64,000 nucleotides of DNA from Pristiophorus japonicus (GCF_044704955.1 NC_091989.1:46004001-46068000), one strand, 5' to 3'; shown: positions 1-13,510, numbered from the stretch's first letter. Program-made: numbers and translations. The notes: a model not told the origin generated them from the letters alone.

Positions 1-559
1 CCATATACTTCATGATAAGAGAGAAAAAATCAAATATAAGGGGCTGTCAGTGCTATAATATGTGGAGGTTGGCAGATTATAAACAGCATGCACTCATGTG
101 AACTTCCAGACATACATTCAGTTACAGAACAGCAGTGCTGCTATGTTGGGACTGCCATCTGCTCATTGGCTGCTTCCCAAAGTGCTACAAAATAGTTCAG
201 GCCCAGTTATCAGGTGGTTCTGATTGACTATGGTATCCCCTAACAGCAGCAGTGCTCCAAGCACTTCAAGCACCGATGGAGCAGAGGAGGGAAGAAGAAC
301 CAGAGAGATAATTGGATGAAGAAATGAGAAATTGAAAGTAAGTAGAGGGAAATAAAAAAGAAAGTTCATCTGACTTCGATCTCCTGTGACTAAAAATATA
401 CTGTGAGAAGCAGAGCCTGTCATGGCTAAAACATCAAAGTTTCTGTATTATTTTTAGATAAACAATGCAATGTAATTTTAAGTGTCCCAGCACTGTCTCA
501 AACTAAACCAAACTGTTTGCAACTTCGACATCCTATTTGACCGAGCTGAGCTTCCAACC

Positions 560-1165
560 CTATAATCCCCTCCATCACAAGGACCGCCCACGTCTCCCTC
601 CGTAACATTGCCCCTGTCCACCCCTGCTTCAGCCCATCTGCTGCTGAAACTCTCACTACAAGACATTCAATGAAACCAACCAGCACAACGCAAACCTACA
701 AACTACATGCATACACTGAACAGGCAAACAAAAACAAAATGGTGTCAAAACTTGTTTATTGAATGCGATATTATTAAATTGAAAATGTTGGAATGTTAAG
801 ACAAAGAAAATAAATAGAAGTCACGAGAAAACATACTTTTGTTACCTTCAGACTTGACTCTCCCATCTTCCACCTTCCATAAACTTAAGCTCATCCAAAA
901 GTCTGCTACCCGAATATAACCCGCACCAAATCTGTTCACCCATCAACTCCAGTGCTCGCTAACCTACATTGACTCCTGGTCCACCAATGCCTCGATTGTA
1001 ACTTCTCAATGTCGTGTTCAAATCCCACCAGGGCCTCACCCATCTCTCTCTCTCTGTACTTCCTCAGGGCCCAACAACATTCCAAGAACTCTGTATTCCT
1101 CCAACTCTGGCCTCTTGGGCATCCCCCACTTCCTTCACCCCACGTGCCTTCAGCCATCTCGGCCC
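560..1165 (+). mobile_element. Degenerate L2/CR1-clade LINE 3' fragments (560-660 and 840-1165)
   Basis: Pyrimidine-rich segments resembling the RT C-terminal region of L2-like LINEs (e.g. 'ctcatccaaaagtctgct', 'catcaactccagtgctcgctaacctacattg'). Recognised from memory; no intact ORF. Confidence 0.5.
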
Positions 1166-1167
1166 TA

Positions 1168-1625
1168 AGAAAGAAAGAAAAACTTGCATTTATATAGTGC
1201 CTTTCACAACCACCGGAAGCCTCGAAGTGCTTTACAGCCAATGAAGTACTTTTGGACTATAGTCACTATTATAATGTAGGAAATGCGGTAACCAATTTGT
1301 GCACAGCAAACTGCAATGTGATAATGACCAGGTAATCTGTTTTTTTTGTTATGTTGATTGAGGGATAAATATTGGCCAGAACACTGGGGATAACTCCCCC
1401 GCTCTTCTTTGAAATAGTGCCATGGGATCTTTTATGTCCACTTGAGAGAGCTGACGGGACTTCGGTTTAACGTCTCATCCAAAAGACGGCACCTCCGAAA
1501 GTGCAGCACTCCCTCAGCTCCGCACTGGAATGTCAGCCTAGACTTATGTGCACAAGTTCCTGGAGTGGGATTTAAATGTACAACCTTCTGATTGAGGCTA
1601 CCTACCCACTGAGCCACAGCTGACC
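1168..1625 (-). mobile_element. Deu-domain tRNA-derived SINE (SacSINE1-like)
   Basis: Reverse complement gives a tRNA-like head (gtggctcagtgggtag), the Deu core (ggatgagacgttaaaccg...aaaagatcccatggcactatt) and a gctatataaatgcaag tail. Similar copies at 7950, 13046 and 32636. Confidence 0.85.
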
Positions 1626-1630
1626 ACTAA

Positions 1631-2632
1631 GGGCCCGACTCTGGTGGACCACCCAATTCTCGGCGGTCTCGCAGTGGTCGATCAATCTTCACCGCCCGGT
1701 AGAGCTCTGGCACCATTGGTCCGGGCGCTCCTGAGTGGTGCGTCAGCGGAATGCGACGGACGGTCTGCTCCGGCAGTGCAGGGTATGTTGTCTGGGACTC
1801 GGGACTCTTCAGGTCCCGAGTTCTGCGCACGCACACTCCTCCATCGACCTCCGTCAACCCCCCCTCCCACCCCAACCACCGAGAAGGTATGTTTAGATTT
1901 TTAATTGTTTTGTGCAGTGTTTTTGATTTATTTATAATACTTATATTGTTATTTATTTATTTATTTGTTTTTGCGTTTTTTTTGGGGGGGGGTGGAATAG
2001 ATCTCTGGGGGTGGGATTAGATCTCTGGGGGAGATTAGATCTCTCTGGGGGGGGGATTAGGTCTCTCTGGGGGGGGATTAGGTCTCTCTGGGGGGGGATT
2101 AGGTCTCTCTGGGGGGGGATTAGGTCTCTCTGGGGGGGGGATTAGGTCTCTCTGAGGGGGATTAGGTCTCTCTGAGGGGGAGGGATTAGGTCTCTCTGGG
2201 GGGGATTAGGTCTCTCTGGGGGGGGGGGGGATTTTGTCTCTCTGGGGGGGATTAGGTCTCTCTGGGGGGGGGGATTTTGTCTCTCTGGGGGGGGGATTAG
2301 GTCTCTCTGGGGGGGGGATTAGGTCTCTCTGGGGGGGGGATTAGGTCTCTCTGGGGGGGGGGATTAGGTCTCTCTGGGGGGAGATTAGGTCTCTCTGGGG
2401 GGGGGATTAGGTCTCTCTGGGGGGGGGATTAGGTCTCTCTGGGGGGGGGATTAGGTCTCTCTGGGGGGGGGAATTAGGTTTCTCTGGGGGGGGATTAGGT
2501 CTCTCTGGGGGGGGATTAGGTCTCTCTGGGGGGGGGAGAAGGACTAGATCGCTGGGGGGGGGGGACTATATCTAGGGGGGGAGAAATAGATTGCTGGGGG
2601 GTGATTAGATCTCTGGGGGATTAGATCGCTCT
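1631..2632. mobile_element. Truncated GC-rich MITE-like element carrying a minisatellite
   Basis: Starts with GGGCCC like the other MITEs, followed by a CpG-rich arm, an AT-rich spacer and a G-rich array. No matching right TIR found. Confidence 0.45.
1996..2630 (+). repeat. G-rich minisatellite, unit about ATTAGGTCTCTCT(G)n, 20-25 bp
   Basis: Roughly 25-30 directly visible tandem copies with variable G-run length. Confidence 0.95.
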
Positions 2633-2664
2633 GTGACTAATAACTTTTAAGTGAGTCACAGCTA

Positions 2665-2983
2665 CTATTGCAAGAACCATGAAAACGGAGCAAGAACTCT
2701 CCAAACTTCTCCAGGTCCAAATAGCTCTTTTGCTGTCCCACACCTTCTGGAAAGGAACGTCAGAGAGTTGGTGTCAGCCTGGGTTCGAATGGAACTGCTC
2801 CCAGCACACATGGTTCGGTCAGAGCCCCTTTTGACTTGTGGTCCAATCAACTTGTGGCTTGAGCTCTTCTGCTTCTCCAGAACAGGCCCTTCCATGAACG
2901 AATATTTCCCTGGGTTAGCAAAGAAGCTATTCCCCATCAGTTTCTCACAGCTTTCAGACAAAACAGAGTGATAGTAATTGAGT
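2665..2983 (-). CDS. Candidate terminal exon of an unidentified host gene (LNYYHSVLSESCEKLMG...WFLQ*)
   Basis: Non-repetitive, about 105 open codons after a good acceptor (ctcactttcttcttcag|), and phase-compatible with the candidate exon at 23099-23228. Protein not recognised; a plus-strand reading is also possible. Confidence 0.25.
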
Positions 2984-3679
2984 CTGAAGAAGAAAGTGAG
3001 GAACAACATAAGTATATCCAGCAGCTTAAGAAGCAACAAGAGTGGAGGAAATATAATTAAAATTAAAAGTACAACAGAGGATAAAGCCTTCAAGAAGAAA
3101 GGAAAGGTGATAAATAAAAATGAACAGGAAATATCATTTAATTAGTAATATTCAGAGAAGGATTATTCTTTCTCTAGGATTAATATCTTAGTCAATATTA
3201 TTTGGGGGGAAGTAACAATGTAACAGCAGTATAATTAATGCACACTGTAGAGGTCATAGAATTTAATTGAGTCGATTGTAGCAATTAGGGGAATATCTTC
3301 TAACCCAACACAGGAACTGATTTATATTTAGTAATCAAACTGAGCTTGTGTTGAAGTTTAAGATTTAATTAGATAGTTTGCATTTAATGCTACAGAGAAA
3401 TATTAATAAGTTTGAAACACATTCAAGGACATTATGCCATGGTTGAATTAATTCATACTTAATAGTTTTAAAATCTCTGAAGAAAGAGAATTTCTGCACC
3501 GTCAGCACAATGAACAGAATAAGGCTGCTAAAAATGTATAAAGATTTATATTTTACTGTATTCTTTTTCATTTTGAAATAAGTTGGTTTGTTGATGAAGA
3601 AATTCAAATATAAAATCCAGGCGAATTCTTTTTTTTATAATTATCAGGATGTGGGCGTCACTGGCAAGGTCAGCATTTA

Positions 3680-6612
3680 TAAGAACAGAAGAATATAAGA
3701 AATAGGAGCAGGAGTAGGCCATATGTGCCCTCGAGCCTGCTCTGTCATTTAATACAATCATGGCTGATCCGATCATGGACTCAGCTCCACTTCCCCGCCC
3801 GCTCCCCATAACCCCTTAATCACTGACCGGTTAAGAAGCTGTCTATCTCGGTCTTAAATTTATTCAATGTCCCGGCTTCCACAGTTCTCTGAGGCAGTGC
3901 ATTCTACAGATTTACAATCCTCTGAGAGAAGAAATTCCTCCTCATTTCAGTTTTAAATGGACGGCCCCTTATTCTAAGATTATGCCCCCCAGTTCTAGTC
4001 TCCCCTATCAGTGGAAACATCCCCTCTGCATCCACCTTGTCAAGCCCCTTTCATAATCTTATATGTTTCGATAAGATCACCTCTCATTCTTCTGAATTCC
4101 AATGAGTAGAAGCCCAACCTACTCAACCTTTCCTCATAAGTCAATCCCCTCATCTCCGGAATCAACTTAGTGAACCTTGCCTGAACTGCCTCCAAAGCAA
4201 GTATATCCTTTCGTAAACATGGAAACCAAAACTTCACGTAGTATTCCAGGTGTGGCCTCACCAATACCCTGTACAACTGTAGCTGTAGCAAGACTTCCCT
4301 ACTTTTATACTCCATCCCCTTTGCAAAAAAGGCCAAGATTCCATTGACCTTCATGATCACTTGCTGTACGTGCATACTAACCTTTTGTATTTCATGCACA
4401 AGTACCCCCAGCACTTTGCAATTTTTCTCCATTTAAATAATAACTTGCTCTTTGATTTTTTTCTACCAAAGTGCATGACCTCACACTTTCCAACATTATA
4501 CTCTATTTGCCAATTTTTTGCCCACTCACTTCGCCTGTCCTTTTGCAGATTTTTTGTGTCCTCCTCACACATTGCTTTTCCTCCCACCTTTGTATTGTCA
4601 GCAAACTTGGCTATGTTACACTCAGTCCCTTCTTCCAAGTCATTAATATAGATTGTAAATAGTTGGGGTCCCAGCACTGATCCCTGCAGCACCCCACTAG
4701 TTACTGATTGCAAATCAGAGAATGAACCATTTATGCCGACTCTCTGTTTTCTGTTAGTTAGCCAATCCTTTATCCATGCAAATATATTACCCCTAACCCC
4801 GTGAACTTTTATCTTGTGCAGTAACCTTTTATGAGCCACCTTGTCAAATGCCTTCTGGAAATCCAAAAACACATCCACTGGTTCCCCTTTATCCACCCTG
4901 TTCGTTACATCCTCAAAGAATTCCAGTAAATTTGTCAAACATGACTTCCTCTTCATAAATCCATGCTGACTCTGCCTGACCGAATTATGCTTTTCCAAAT
5001 GTCCTGCTACTGCTTCTTTAATAATGGACTCCAACATTTTCCCAACCACAGATGTTAGGCTAACTGGTCTATAGTTTCCTGCTTTTTGTCTGCCTCCTTT
5101 TTTAAATAGGGGCGTTACATTTGCAGTTTTCCAATCTGCTGGGACCTCCCCAGAATCCAGGGAATTTTGGTAAATTACAACCAACCTACCCCTGCCGCTA
5201 CTTCTCGTAAGCCCCTAGGATGCAAGCCATCAAGCCCAGGGGATTTATCCGCCTTTAGTCCCATTATTTTACTGAGTACCGCCTCCTTAGTGATTGTGAT
5301 GGTGTTAAGTTCCTCCCCCCCTATAGCCCCTTGACTATCCACTGTTGGGATATTGTTAGTGTCCTCTACCGTAAAGACTGATACAAAATATTTGTTCAGA
5401 GTTTCTGCCATCTCAATGTTCCCCATTACTAATTCCCCGGTCTCGTATTCTAAGGGACCAACATTTACTTTAGCCTTTCTTTTCCTTTTTATATACCTAT
5501 AGAAACTCTTGCTATCTGCTTTTATATTTCATGCTAGTTTACTCTCATAGGGCCCAAGTTTGCCCAGGATTTGCTCCGTTTTTTTTTGGAGTATTTTAAA
5601 AATTGCAATTCTGCCCATTTAATTTTTTCCAGTGTAAGTGAGTTAGGTTTATTTTTAAGTTTAGTTTTTTTTCAAAACGGGGCGTTACCAGCCATTTACA
5701 CCTGTCTTGGCCATTTAAGCAAGTTTAGACAGTTAAAAGTTACTCCAAACTAACTTATGTCAGTGTATGTGACACAGAAAAACCTTGTGGTGAGTTAAGA
5801 AATCAGCGCAGGTAGCCAGAGATAAAGAGGGGGGGGGGGGCTGCGGGAAGGGAAGTGAGAGGACCGTGCAAAGCACTAAACACCTTCACAATAACATTAG
5901 GGAAGCATAAGTACATTTAAAGCACCAAGCATTAAACAAAGCACAAAAATAAGCATTCAATAACAAATGAAACATACAAGGAAGCTGAGAGGACCTGTAC
6001 CTAGCACTAAGACTTACAAAGCACTAAACAAAGCACAAAAAGTAATAAGCAATTAATTAATAAAAAATAGAAGGAACCCTGCACATAAAGCAACAAGACC
6101 AAAGGAATAAGCAATCAATCAATAACAAATAACAATAAATAACAATAACCGTGTCCAAACTACTCCTACACAGTCCCTTTCAGTACCTTCAATAGCATTC
6201 TTTTGCTGGCTCCTGCTTTATTCTAATCAATGGCAAAAATAGCACTCAGCACAATATATAAACCAAGTGCAGTGCACTTACTTCATCCATCGTGTGGTCT
6301 TGTGAACATTGCCAGCATGATTTGTCTCAATGCTTTCCAATTGTTTCAGACATTGGACACCTAACCTAACCCAATCTACTTCTTCTAAACTGATTCCCTT
6401 GTGGAAAACATCAGCATACTAACCAGGTTAAAACGGAGGTGTGCCGTTTTAACCGGAGGGGCAAACTTGGGCCCCTCGTCTATCTTCCCTTTCTTAATCA
6501 TTCTTTGCTGGCTTTTAAAAGCTTCCCAATCTTCTGTCCTCCTACTAGTTTTGGCCACTTTGTGTGCCCTTGTTTTTAATTGGATACCGTCCTTTATTTC
6601 TTTAGTTAGCCA
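3680..6612 (-). mobile_element. CR1 LINE, 5'-truncated ORF2 (RT) pseudogene, interrupted by a MITE
   Basis: ORFs 4357-5184 and 4040-4432 contain NYRPVSLTS, QHGF, LDFQKAFD, QGSVLGP and KFADNTK, with frameshifts. The 3' tail is at about 3680. The 5' part resumes at 6475-6612 after the MITE. Confidence 0.95.
5550..6474. mobile_element. PIF/Harbinger-type MITE inserted in CR1
   Basis: Perfect 16-bp TIR GGGCCCAAGTTTGCCC / GGGCAAACTTGGGCCC; CR1 sequence is continuous across the insertion. Confidence 0.85.
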
Positions 6613-6829
6613 CACCCTTGCCTATCCCTAATTGCCCTTGAGAAGTCAATGGTGAACCACCTGCTTCATTACTAGCACTGTTCTGTCAATCTAGTCATTC
6701 AGTGCATATGTTGGTCAAGCTCTATATTCTTTGCAATTTAACGTTCTTGAAAATAAAACATCAAGAAACCACAAAAAACTTTCCAAACACAGTCTAAAGA
6801 TCCATTTACTTCGCACTGAAAGACAGACA

Positions 6830-7265
6830 CATGACAGATGAAATTCAAAACAGAGATATGTGAAATGATGCATTTTGGAAGGAAGAGTGAGGAAAAACAA
6901 TATAAAGTAAGTGATGCAATTTTGAAAAGGGGTGCAGCAACACAGAGACCTGGGGGTTCACATACACAAATCTTTGAAGGTGGCAGGACAAGGCTGTAAA
7001 AAAAAAGCTTATGGGACCTTGAATTTTATATATAGAGGCATAAAGTAGAAAAGCAAAGAACTTATGTTAAATCTTTATAAATCGCTAGTTAGGCTTCAGC
7101 TGGAGAATTGTGTACAATTCTAGGCACCACGCTTTAGGAAGGATATCAAGCTCTTATGTGGAGAGACTGGGGAAGCCGCGATTGTTCTACTTACAGCAGA
7201 GAAGGTTAAGAGGAGATTTAATAGAGGTATTCAAACTTATGAAGGGATTTAATAGAGCGGATAGA
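6830..7265 (+). mobile_element. Old CR1 ORF2 3' fragment
   Basis: Degenerate 'CEMMHFGRK', 'RDLGV', 'LYKSLVR' and 'RGDLIE' coding remnants. Confidence 0.75.
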
Positions 7266-7709
7266 GATACAGTTGGAAAATGTTTATAAGGACAGGCGCC
7301 CATTCCGCCTCTCCCTCGTCCTTTGAGATGCTCCTTTAAACCAACCAGTTTTTGGTCACCTGTCCTAATGTCTCATTCGTTGGCTTAGTGTCAACGTTTT
7401 TGTCTGATTATGCTCCTGCAAAGCACGGCATTTTACTACGCTAAAGGTGCTATATAAATGCAAGTTTTTGTTGGTGTATTGTTCCAACTGTCCTAATAAA
7501 AGGAATTCCACATAATATAGGGCCTCTATATATTATCTGAATCCAAAAACTGTTGCTAAATGTTCTCACTTCCATCCGCCTGCCATTGTTAATTTTCAGT
7601 AGATTCTTACTGTTGTCAATTTCAGTCGGTCACTCATAAAATGAAAATTGGCATAATATACAAAATTAAGCACACCCAAGATGGGCTTACAAAGCTGTAT
7701 TCCAAACAA

Positions 7710-7832
7710 AGGCCCGGATAATGTCTTAGGATGCTTTTACACTATAACTGTAGTGTTGGTATGAGGCAGTTTTGCTTCACACCTACACTATAGTTATAGT
7801 CTAAATCCATCTTTAATCCATAGTCAGGGTCC
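7710..7832. repeat. About 120-bp imperfect palindrome (mini-MITE or hairpin)
   Basis: tttacactataactgtagtgt pairs with acactatagttatagtctaaa (2 differences from a perfect inverted repeat). Inner stem tgaggca/tgcttca; outer ends ggccc/gggtcc. Confidence 0.7.
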
Positions 7833-7949
7833 AACCAGGCACCAGTGCAAGTCCTGGCAGTGGTAATCACAGGTTTGTTTCATTTTGCAATCAGTTTGGG
7901 GCTTTACACCCATTTTACACACCATGAACTTTAACTTCCACATTCTTTG

Positions 7950-9232
7950 GTCAGCTATCGCTCAGTGGGTAGCACACCCACCTCTGAGTCAGAAGGTTAT
8001 GGGTTAAAATTTCACTCCAGAGACTTGAGCACATAAATCTAGGGTGACACTCCAGTGCAGTGCTGAGGAAATGCTGCAATGTCTTTTGGATGAGATGTTA
8101 AATTGAGGCCCCATCTGCCCTCTCAGGTGGATGTAAAAGGTCCCATGGCACTATTTCGAAGAGCAGGGGAGTTATCCTTGGTTTCTGGCCAATACTTATC
8201 CCTCAATCAACATAACAAAAACAGATGGGGCCGAAATTGCCCACCGCTAGAATCAGGGCGCACCTATCCTGTTTCCTCTGTTTTTACCGGCTCGGTGGAT
8301 GCAGTGGCCTCGAGCAAAATTCCGCTCTTTGACTTTTTTTTCGGCGGACCAGAAGTCGGTCATAATGGGGGCAGAAGTGCGACGGTGAGTACACTACAGG
8401 GGCGGAAGTTGGAGACAAGCGGACTTTCCACCGCTGTCACTCATCAGCGTAGCGCCGATGATGTCATCATGGTGCCGCGTCACCACGTCTCAACCCTTCA
8501 CTTAAAGGGGAGAGCCTGCCGAATTGTTTAAGTTTGGTCTACTGGGCCACCAGGGAAGGTTTCGGCCGGGCCAGTGGTCTGGCACCCAAGAGAGGGTGCC
8601 AGGTTGCCTATTGGCGGCCAGTCGAGCCTGGGGACATAATAATCGGCCCAACAAGGCAGTTGGCCGACAAAAAAAAAACCATGGTGGCAGTGGCAGTGAC
8701 AGTGCACCCTCCCCTTTAATGGGAGCCGCTCCGCCATTTTAGACGGACTACAACCTCACAGCACCAGCAGAAAAAAGCAGCTTTTGGCACCACTCGGCGG
8801 GGGCAAAATTTTTTCAGCAGAATTTCACCCTCGGGGGTGGGGGGGGGGAACATCAGCGGTGCACACTCTTATGACGCACTTAGGACGGATCGGCAGCAGC
8901 GGAGCATTAGGGGGGGGGAGCAGATCACTGCTGGGATTACACAAGAGCGGAATTTAAAAACTGGCAGCCATTACATGAGAAAAGGGCAGCCATTCCATTC
9001 CGTATCATGGCTGCCAGTTTCCGACCGTAACAGGCCTTAAGGGAAGGGTACAAGTTCGGCCCCATTATCTGGTCATTATCAATTGCTATTTGTGGGAGCT
9101 TGCTGTGCACATATTGGCAGCCGCATTTCCCACAGTACAACAGTGACTGTACTTCAAAAAGTACTTCATTGGCTGTAAAACGCTTTGGGACGTCTGGTGG
9201 TTGTGAAAGGCGTTATATAAATGTCATTCTTT
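7950..9232 (+). mobile_element. Deu-domain SINE split by a MITE
   Basis: SINE 5' half 7950-8226 and 3' half 9064-9232 join to give the same sequence as the intact copy at 13046. Confidence 0.85.
8227..9063. mobile_element. PIF/Harbinger-type MITE
   Basis: TIR GGGGCCGAAATTG / CAAGTTCGGCCCC, an 'at' duplication at the SINE target, and a CpG-rich body. Confidence 0.85.
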
Positions 9233-10076
9233 CCGCGGATCTTTAGCTGAAGTTAGGCTGGAATGTCAACCCCTAGAAGTTTAGCATCAATACAAAGCCA
9301 AGACTGCTTCACAACATGTAGTGTAAATGCACCCCTAAACGACATCAATGAAGCACCAGCAGTTTGTAACTACCACTTGAATGATGAGATTCGATCACAA
9401 GGGTCAGTTATCTGTCTCTGTGCTCAATTTGTCCAAAATATCCTGGTTAGATCACTTGCAAATTAAACTCTATGAGTTTCTATATTAATTACCATTCCTT
9501 TTATTATGGGACAGTGAATACATTTGGCTTCTATCAATATTAATAACAAAGCATATTTCAGATCAAAAATAGCTGTCTACTACATATTACAAGCATCAGA
9601 TATGTCAGTGAATCTAGTTAATGATTCAATTTCGTATTTCAGATGATGGACATAAACACTTCGGCTTTCCTCCGCTGGTCTATGACATCAGCTGAAACCC
9701 TCGAAGGGATTAATGTTTTAGAATTTTCTGGTAACCAATCAGCATCCTTTGTATAGGTGCAGCAAGGTTACACCTCAGTGAAACAGAGAGGGCCTGAAAT
9801 TGGACCATGGAATAACAACAATTGAATGCTCAATGTGCTCATCTGAAATCTTTCTCTTTGTTATTTTAGTGCAGGTGTTCATCTAGTTACTTTAAAAAGG
9901 AGCTAGTTCGTATGTTAAATAGCAGGTAGAGGAATTTCAAACAAGTATGTTAAGCATTCATAAGCTAATATCCTAATGAAAAGTGTCAGAGTCAAAGTGT
10001 ATTTTATCTTCGTAACTTGTATCTTATTAGTTGGCCACAGTATACTCTTGATTTAGCAAGGCACGATTGTAAAATA

Positions 10077-10420
10077 CAAGTTGAACCTCCCTTATCCAGA
10101 ACTCCCTTATACAGAACCACTCCTCGTCCAGAACCATTCCCGGCCACCGGTTGGCACATGCGCAGAACTCCGACATGAACAAATTGAAGTCCTTCCTCGT
10201 TGCCGACTCCCACAATCACTGGCCTGATCCCGCGATCCATTGCCACCATGCCCCCACCCCCCCACTCTGCCGCACTTCCAGCCCCAGGCCAGCCAGCCCC
10301 GATATCTTCTTGCTCAGTACCTCTACCATCCAATTTAATGTGACCACCCCTCGTCTGGAAAAATCCCTTGTCCAGAACAGGTCAGGTCCCGAGGGTTCTG
10401 GATAAGGGAGGTTCAGCTTG
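10077..10420. mobile_element. Tc1/mariner-pogo (Tigger-like) MITE
   Basis: 26-bp TIR CAAGTTGAACCTCCCTTATCCAGAAC / GTTCTGGATAAGGGAGGTTCAGCTTG (1 mismatch), flanked by TA on both sides. Confidence 0.9.
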
Positions 10421-10614
10421 TAGCTTATTGTCCTTCTCTTGACAAACAGCCCTCTGTAAGAGCTCTGCAGCCATAATGCCAGCAGTTAGTGATGCGAACT
10501 GAAAATCCATCTTTGTCACTTAGTCTCCCATGGGAAAACTTTGAAAAGTTTTCTTCTAAAAACATATGCTTAAGGCTGTAGTACACTCTTGGGGTTCCGA
10601 TGACTGTGTAAAGC

Positions 10615-11380
10615 AAAACATTTTATAAATATATTGAGAGGAAGAGAGAGGCAAAGGAGAATATGAGCCCATTAAAGACGGAGGCAGGAGAGACAATAAT
10701 AGATAAGGAAATGGCAGACTTGTTAAATGAACACCTTATATCTATTTTCATAGTGGAGGAAGAGGACAAAATGTCAGCATTACAAGGAAACTTAATAATA
10801 AGTCCAAGGGAGGAACCTAGTGGATTTAATATAATTAAACAAATGATAATGGAGAGAATAATGGGGCTCAAGGTAGACAAATCTCCAGGACCCGATGGTT
10901 TCCACCTCAGGGTATTAAAAATAGGTGAAGAAATTAGAGATGAATTAATCATAATTTTCCAAAGCTCTCTAGATTCAGGAATTGTGTCTTTGGATTGGAA
11001 AATTGCAAATGTGACCACATTATTTAAAAAAGGACTGAGACGCCTATACAGGGCCTTCACCAATATGGTAGGGAGCGCACTTTAGGTGTAGAATGTGAGC
11101 AAGCACGCTGCCCTCCCTATTGGATGCTTAGGCATCCGTTTTATTACTGTATTCTGCAAAAGGGAAGAAGTTATGCTTCAGTTGTACAGAGCCTTAGTCA
11201 GACCATATCTGCAGTACTGCATTCAGTTTTGGGTACCTGACCTCAGGATTCACAAGAATGATACAGGAGCTAAAATGGTTAAATTATGAGGACAGATAGT
11301 ATAAACTTGGCTTTGTTTAAATTTAATAGGCAGAACAGGCTCAAGAGGATTAATAGTCGACTCTCGTCCCTATGTTCCTA
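10615..11380 (+). mobile_element. Internally deleted CR1 ORF2 fragment
   Basis: KSPGPDGFH and DWKIANVT in ORF 10663-11085, then a jump to LYRALVRP and the 3' tail. Confidence 0.85.
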
Positions 11381-11733
11381 AGTTGTAAAATTCAAAGATT
11401 ACTATTGAATTTTAATACTTAAATAAGGCCACACATGCCAGTAGCATGCTTTAATTATTTGGCCCAGAATTGTACCCAGTAAAACTGGGCATGCAAATGA
11501 ATTAGGTTTAAAATACAACATATTCCAATTACTTGACCTTGGTGATATCATATAATAGATCAATGTTACTAAATGTTATTTCATCACTGACTTCACGTTA
11601 GATAATAAATCCACTATAATTATTGGCTTAAATAATTAACACCTTAGTTTATGTTTGCTTAATATTAGAATTGTTCACGAACACAAACTTCATTCCATTT
11701 GCTGTTTTTTATAGATGTAATACTGAAATAAAT

Positions 11734-11747
11734 CCACCAGGTGGCAT
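11734..11747 (+). promoter_or_regulatory. CTCF-like motif
   Basis: CCACCAGGTGGCA matches the CTCF core consensus in unique AT-rich DNA; motif only. Confidence 0.4.
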
Positions 11748-13045
11748 CATTTTAAAGATAGTGGTAATATCGTTTGACAAATACCTTCGAATACAGATTT
11801 TACTATTGCTAACTTCACGTTAGATAATAAAACAACCGCATAAAATAACAGCAGTGATTTTAAGGTAAGAATTCTCACATGCATTCAGAGTACTTTTCAG
11901 GGTTAACACCTCTCTCCTTGTACATAATGCACTGTCAGTGCTGTTTCTACTCTCTGTGACCTCTTGGCGATGCATGGCCACATTCATCAGAAGTGTAACA
12001 AAAAAGTTCAAATGCATTCCGTTCAGCTGAAAGATCAAATCATCAAGATCAGTCCTATCAGATCAATATAAGCTCGGGCTTGGGCCTGCTTGTGTGTGTC
12101 ATTGTCGACATGCCAGCCTTGCATATTCCCACAGGAGCTATGCGATTCTTGAAGAACTGTCACTTCATGTTAGATTTTCTCACTGATCAAAAGCAGAAAC
12201 TGTTCGACATTTATAAAACCTCATCTACAATAAAATGCCAACAAAGTGCAGAAAATAAAGAGTCAAGTTATCAGTTAAATCTAAAAGCTATACATAGTAG
12301 CAACAGTGACATCGAAAAATATCTAACACAAATCAAAATGTGGGCAAAATCAGATACTAGAATCCAATATTTTTACAGAAAAGCTATCTACTTCCATGCA
12401 AAAAGTGTTATGGAAATCCACTTGTGGAAAACTACAAATAATTACATTTTTTAAATGTATGGGAGATGAACAGGTGTTTTTTCATTAATTACATGATAAA
12501 ATATGAAATAAGATAATCCTAAGGTACTAACCCACTTCCACAGCACAGTTAACTTAATTGACAAGGTGTTACTTTAGTGCACATTTTAATTGTATCGTCA
12601 TTAACGTAAAGATTGGAGTTTGACAGAAGGATTTTGTTTACTGCTTTAATTATTGCACATAGTCCTCCCCCAACTCACTTTCCGTCTCTTTTCTATCTCT
12701 ATCCATCCTCACTGGGATGTCCCCAAAGTACCGAATATCAATTTTATTTTTTCACATGTAGCACAGCTCAATGATAAGACTATTAAACTGGGTCAGCATT
12801 GTGCTATCTCTCTTCGTCCAGGGACAGGGCGAGCCGCTCTAATCTATGATCTTCACTCTACGTGACTGTAAAGCCCTTTCGAAAGATTTCTCAACCAGTT
12901 CGTATGCCACCACTGGAGACTCAGCCTGTCTGCCTTGTCCCACTGTCCTACCTTATGCAGTTGCAAGGCTTCCATGTATATAAGCAGAACAGTCCTCACC
13001 ATTACCCTATCCAGCGTGAGGCACAGGCAATATACTAATTATGTG

Positions 13046-13510
13046 TCAGCTGTGGCTCAGTGGGTAGCACCCTCACCTCTGAGTCAGAAGGTTGTGGGAC
13101 TTGACCCTTCAGGGACTTGAGCACAAAAATCTAGGTTGACACTCCAAAACAGTGCTGAGGGAGTGCTGCACTGTCGGAGGTGTCGTCTTTTGGATGAGAC
13201 GTTAAACCGAGTTCCTGTGTGCTCTCTCAGGAGGATGTAAGTGATCCCATGGCACTATTCCGAAGAAGAGCAGAGGAGTTAACCTTGGTGTCTTGGCCAA
13301 TATTTATCCCTCAATCAACATTACTAAATCAGATTATTCGGTCATTATCACATTGCAATTGTCGGAACTTGCTGTGTGCAAAACGGCTACTGCGTTTCCT
13401 ACATTATAACATTGACTACACTTCAAAAAGTACTTCATTGGCTGTAAAGCGCTTTGGGACATCCGGTGGTCATGAGAGACAGTGTGTAAATGCAAGTCTG
13501 TCTGTCTATC
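13046..13510 (+). mobile_element. Deu-domain SINE, full length
   Basis: tRNA-like head, Deu core and 3' tail, as in the other copies. Confidence 0.9.

Noticed and set aside
1996-2630. CRISPR-like regular repeat
   Set aside because: The spacers are just G homopolymers, the context is eukaryotic, and there are no cas genes.
8103-9140. Multiple GC-rich ORFs of 60-140 aa here and in other MITEs
   Set aside because: By-products of GC-rich SINE and MITE sequence, with no protein motifs.
11590-11830. 20-bp direct repeat acttcacgttagataataaa about 220 bp apart
   Set aside because: No recognisable element between the copies; probably a local duplication.
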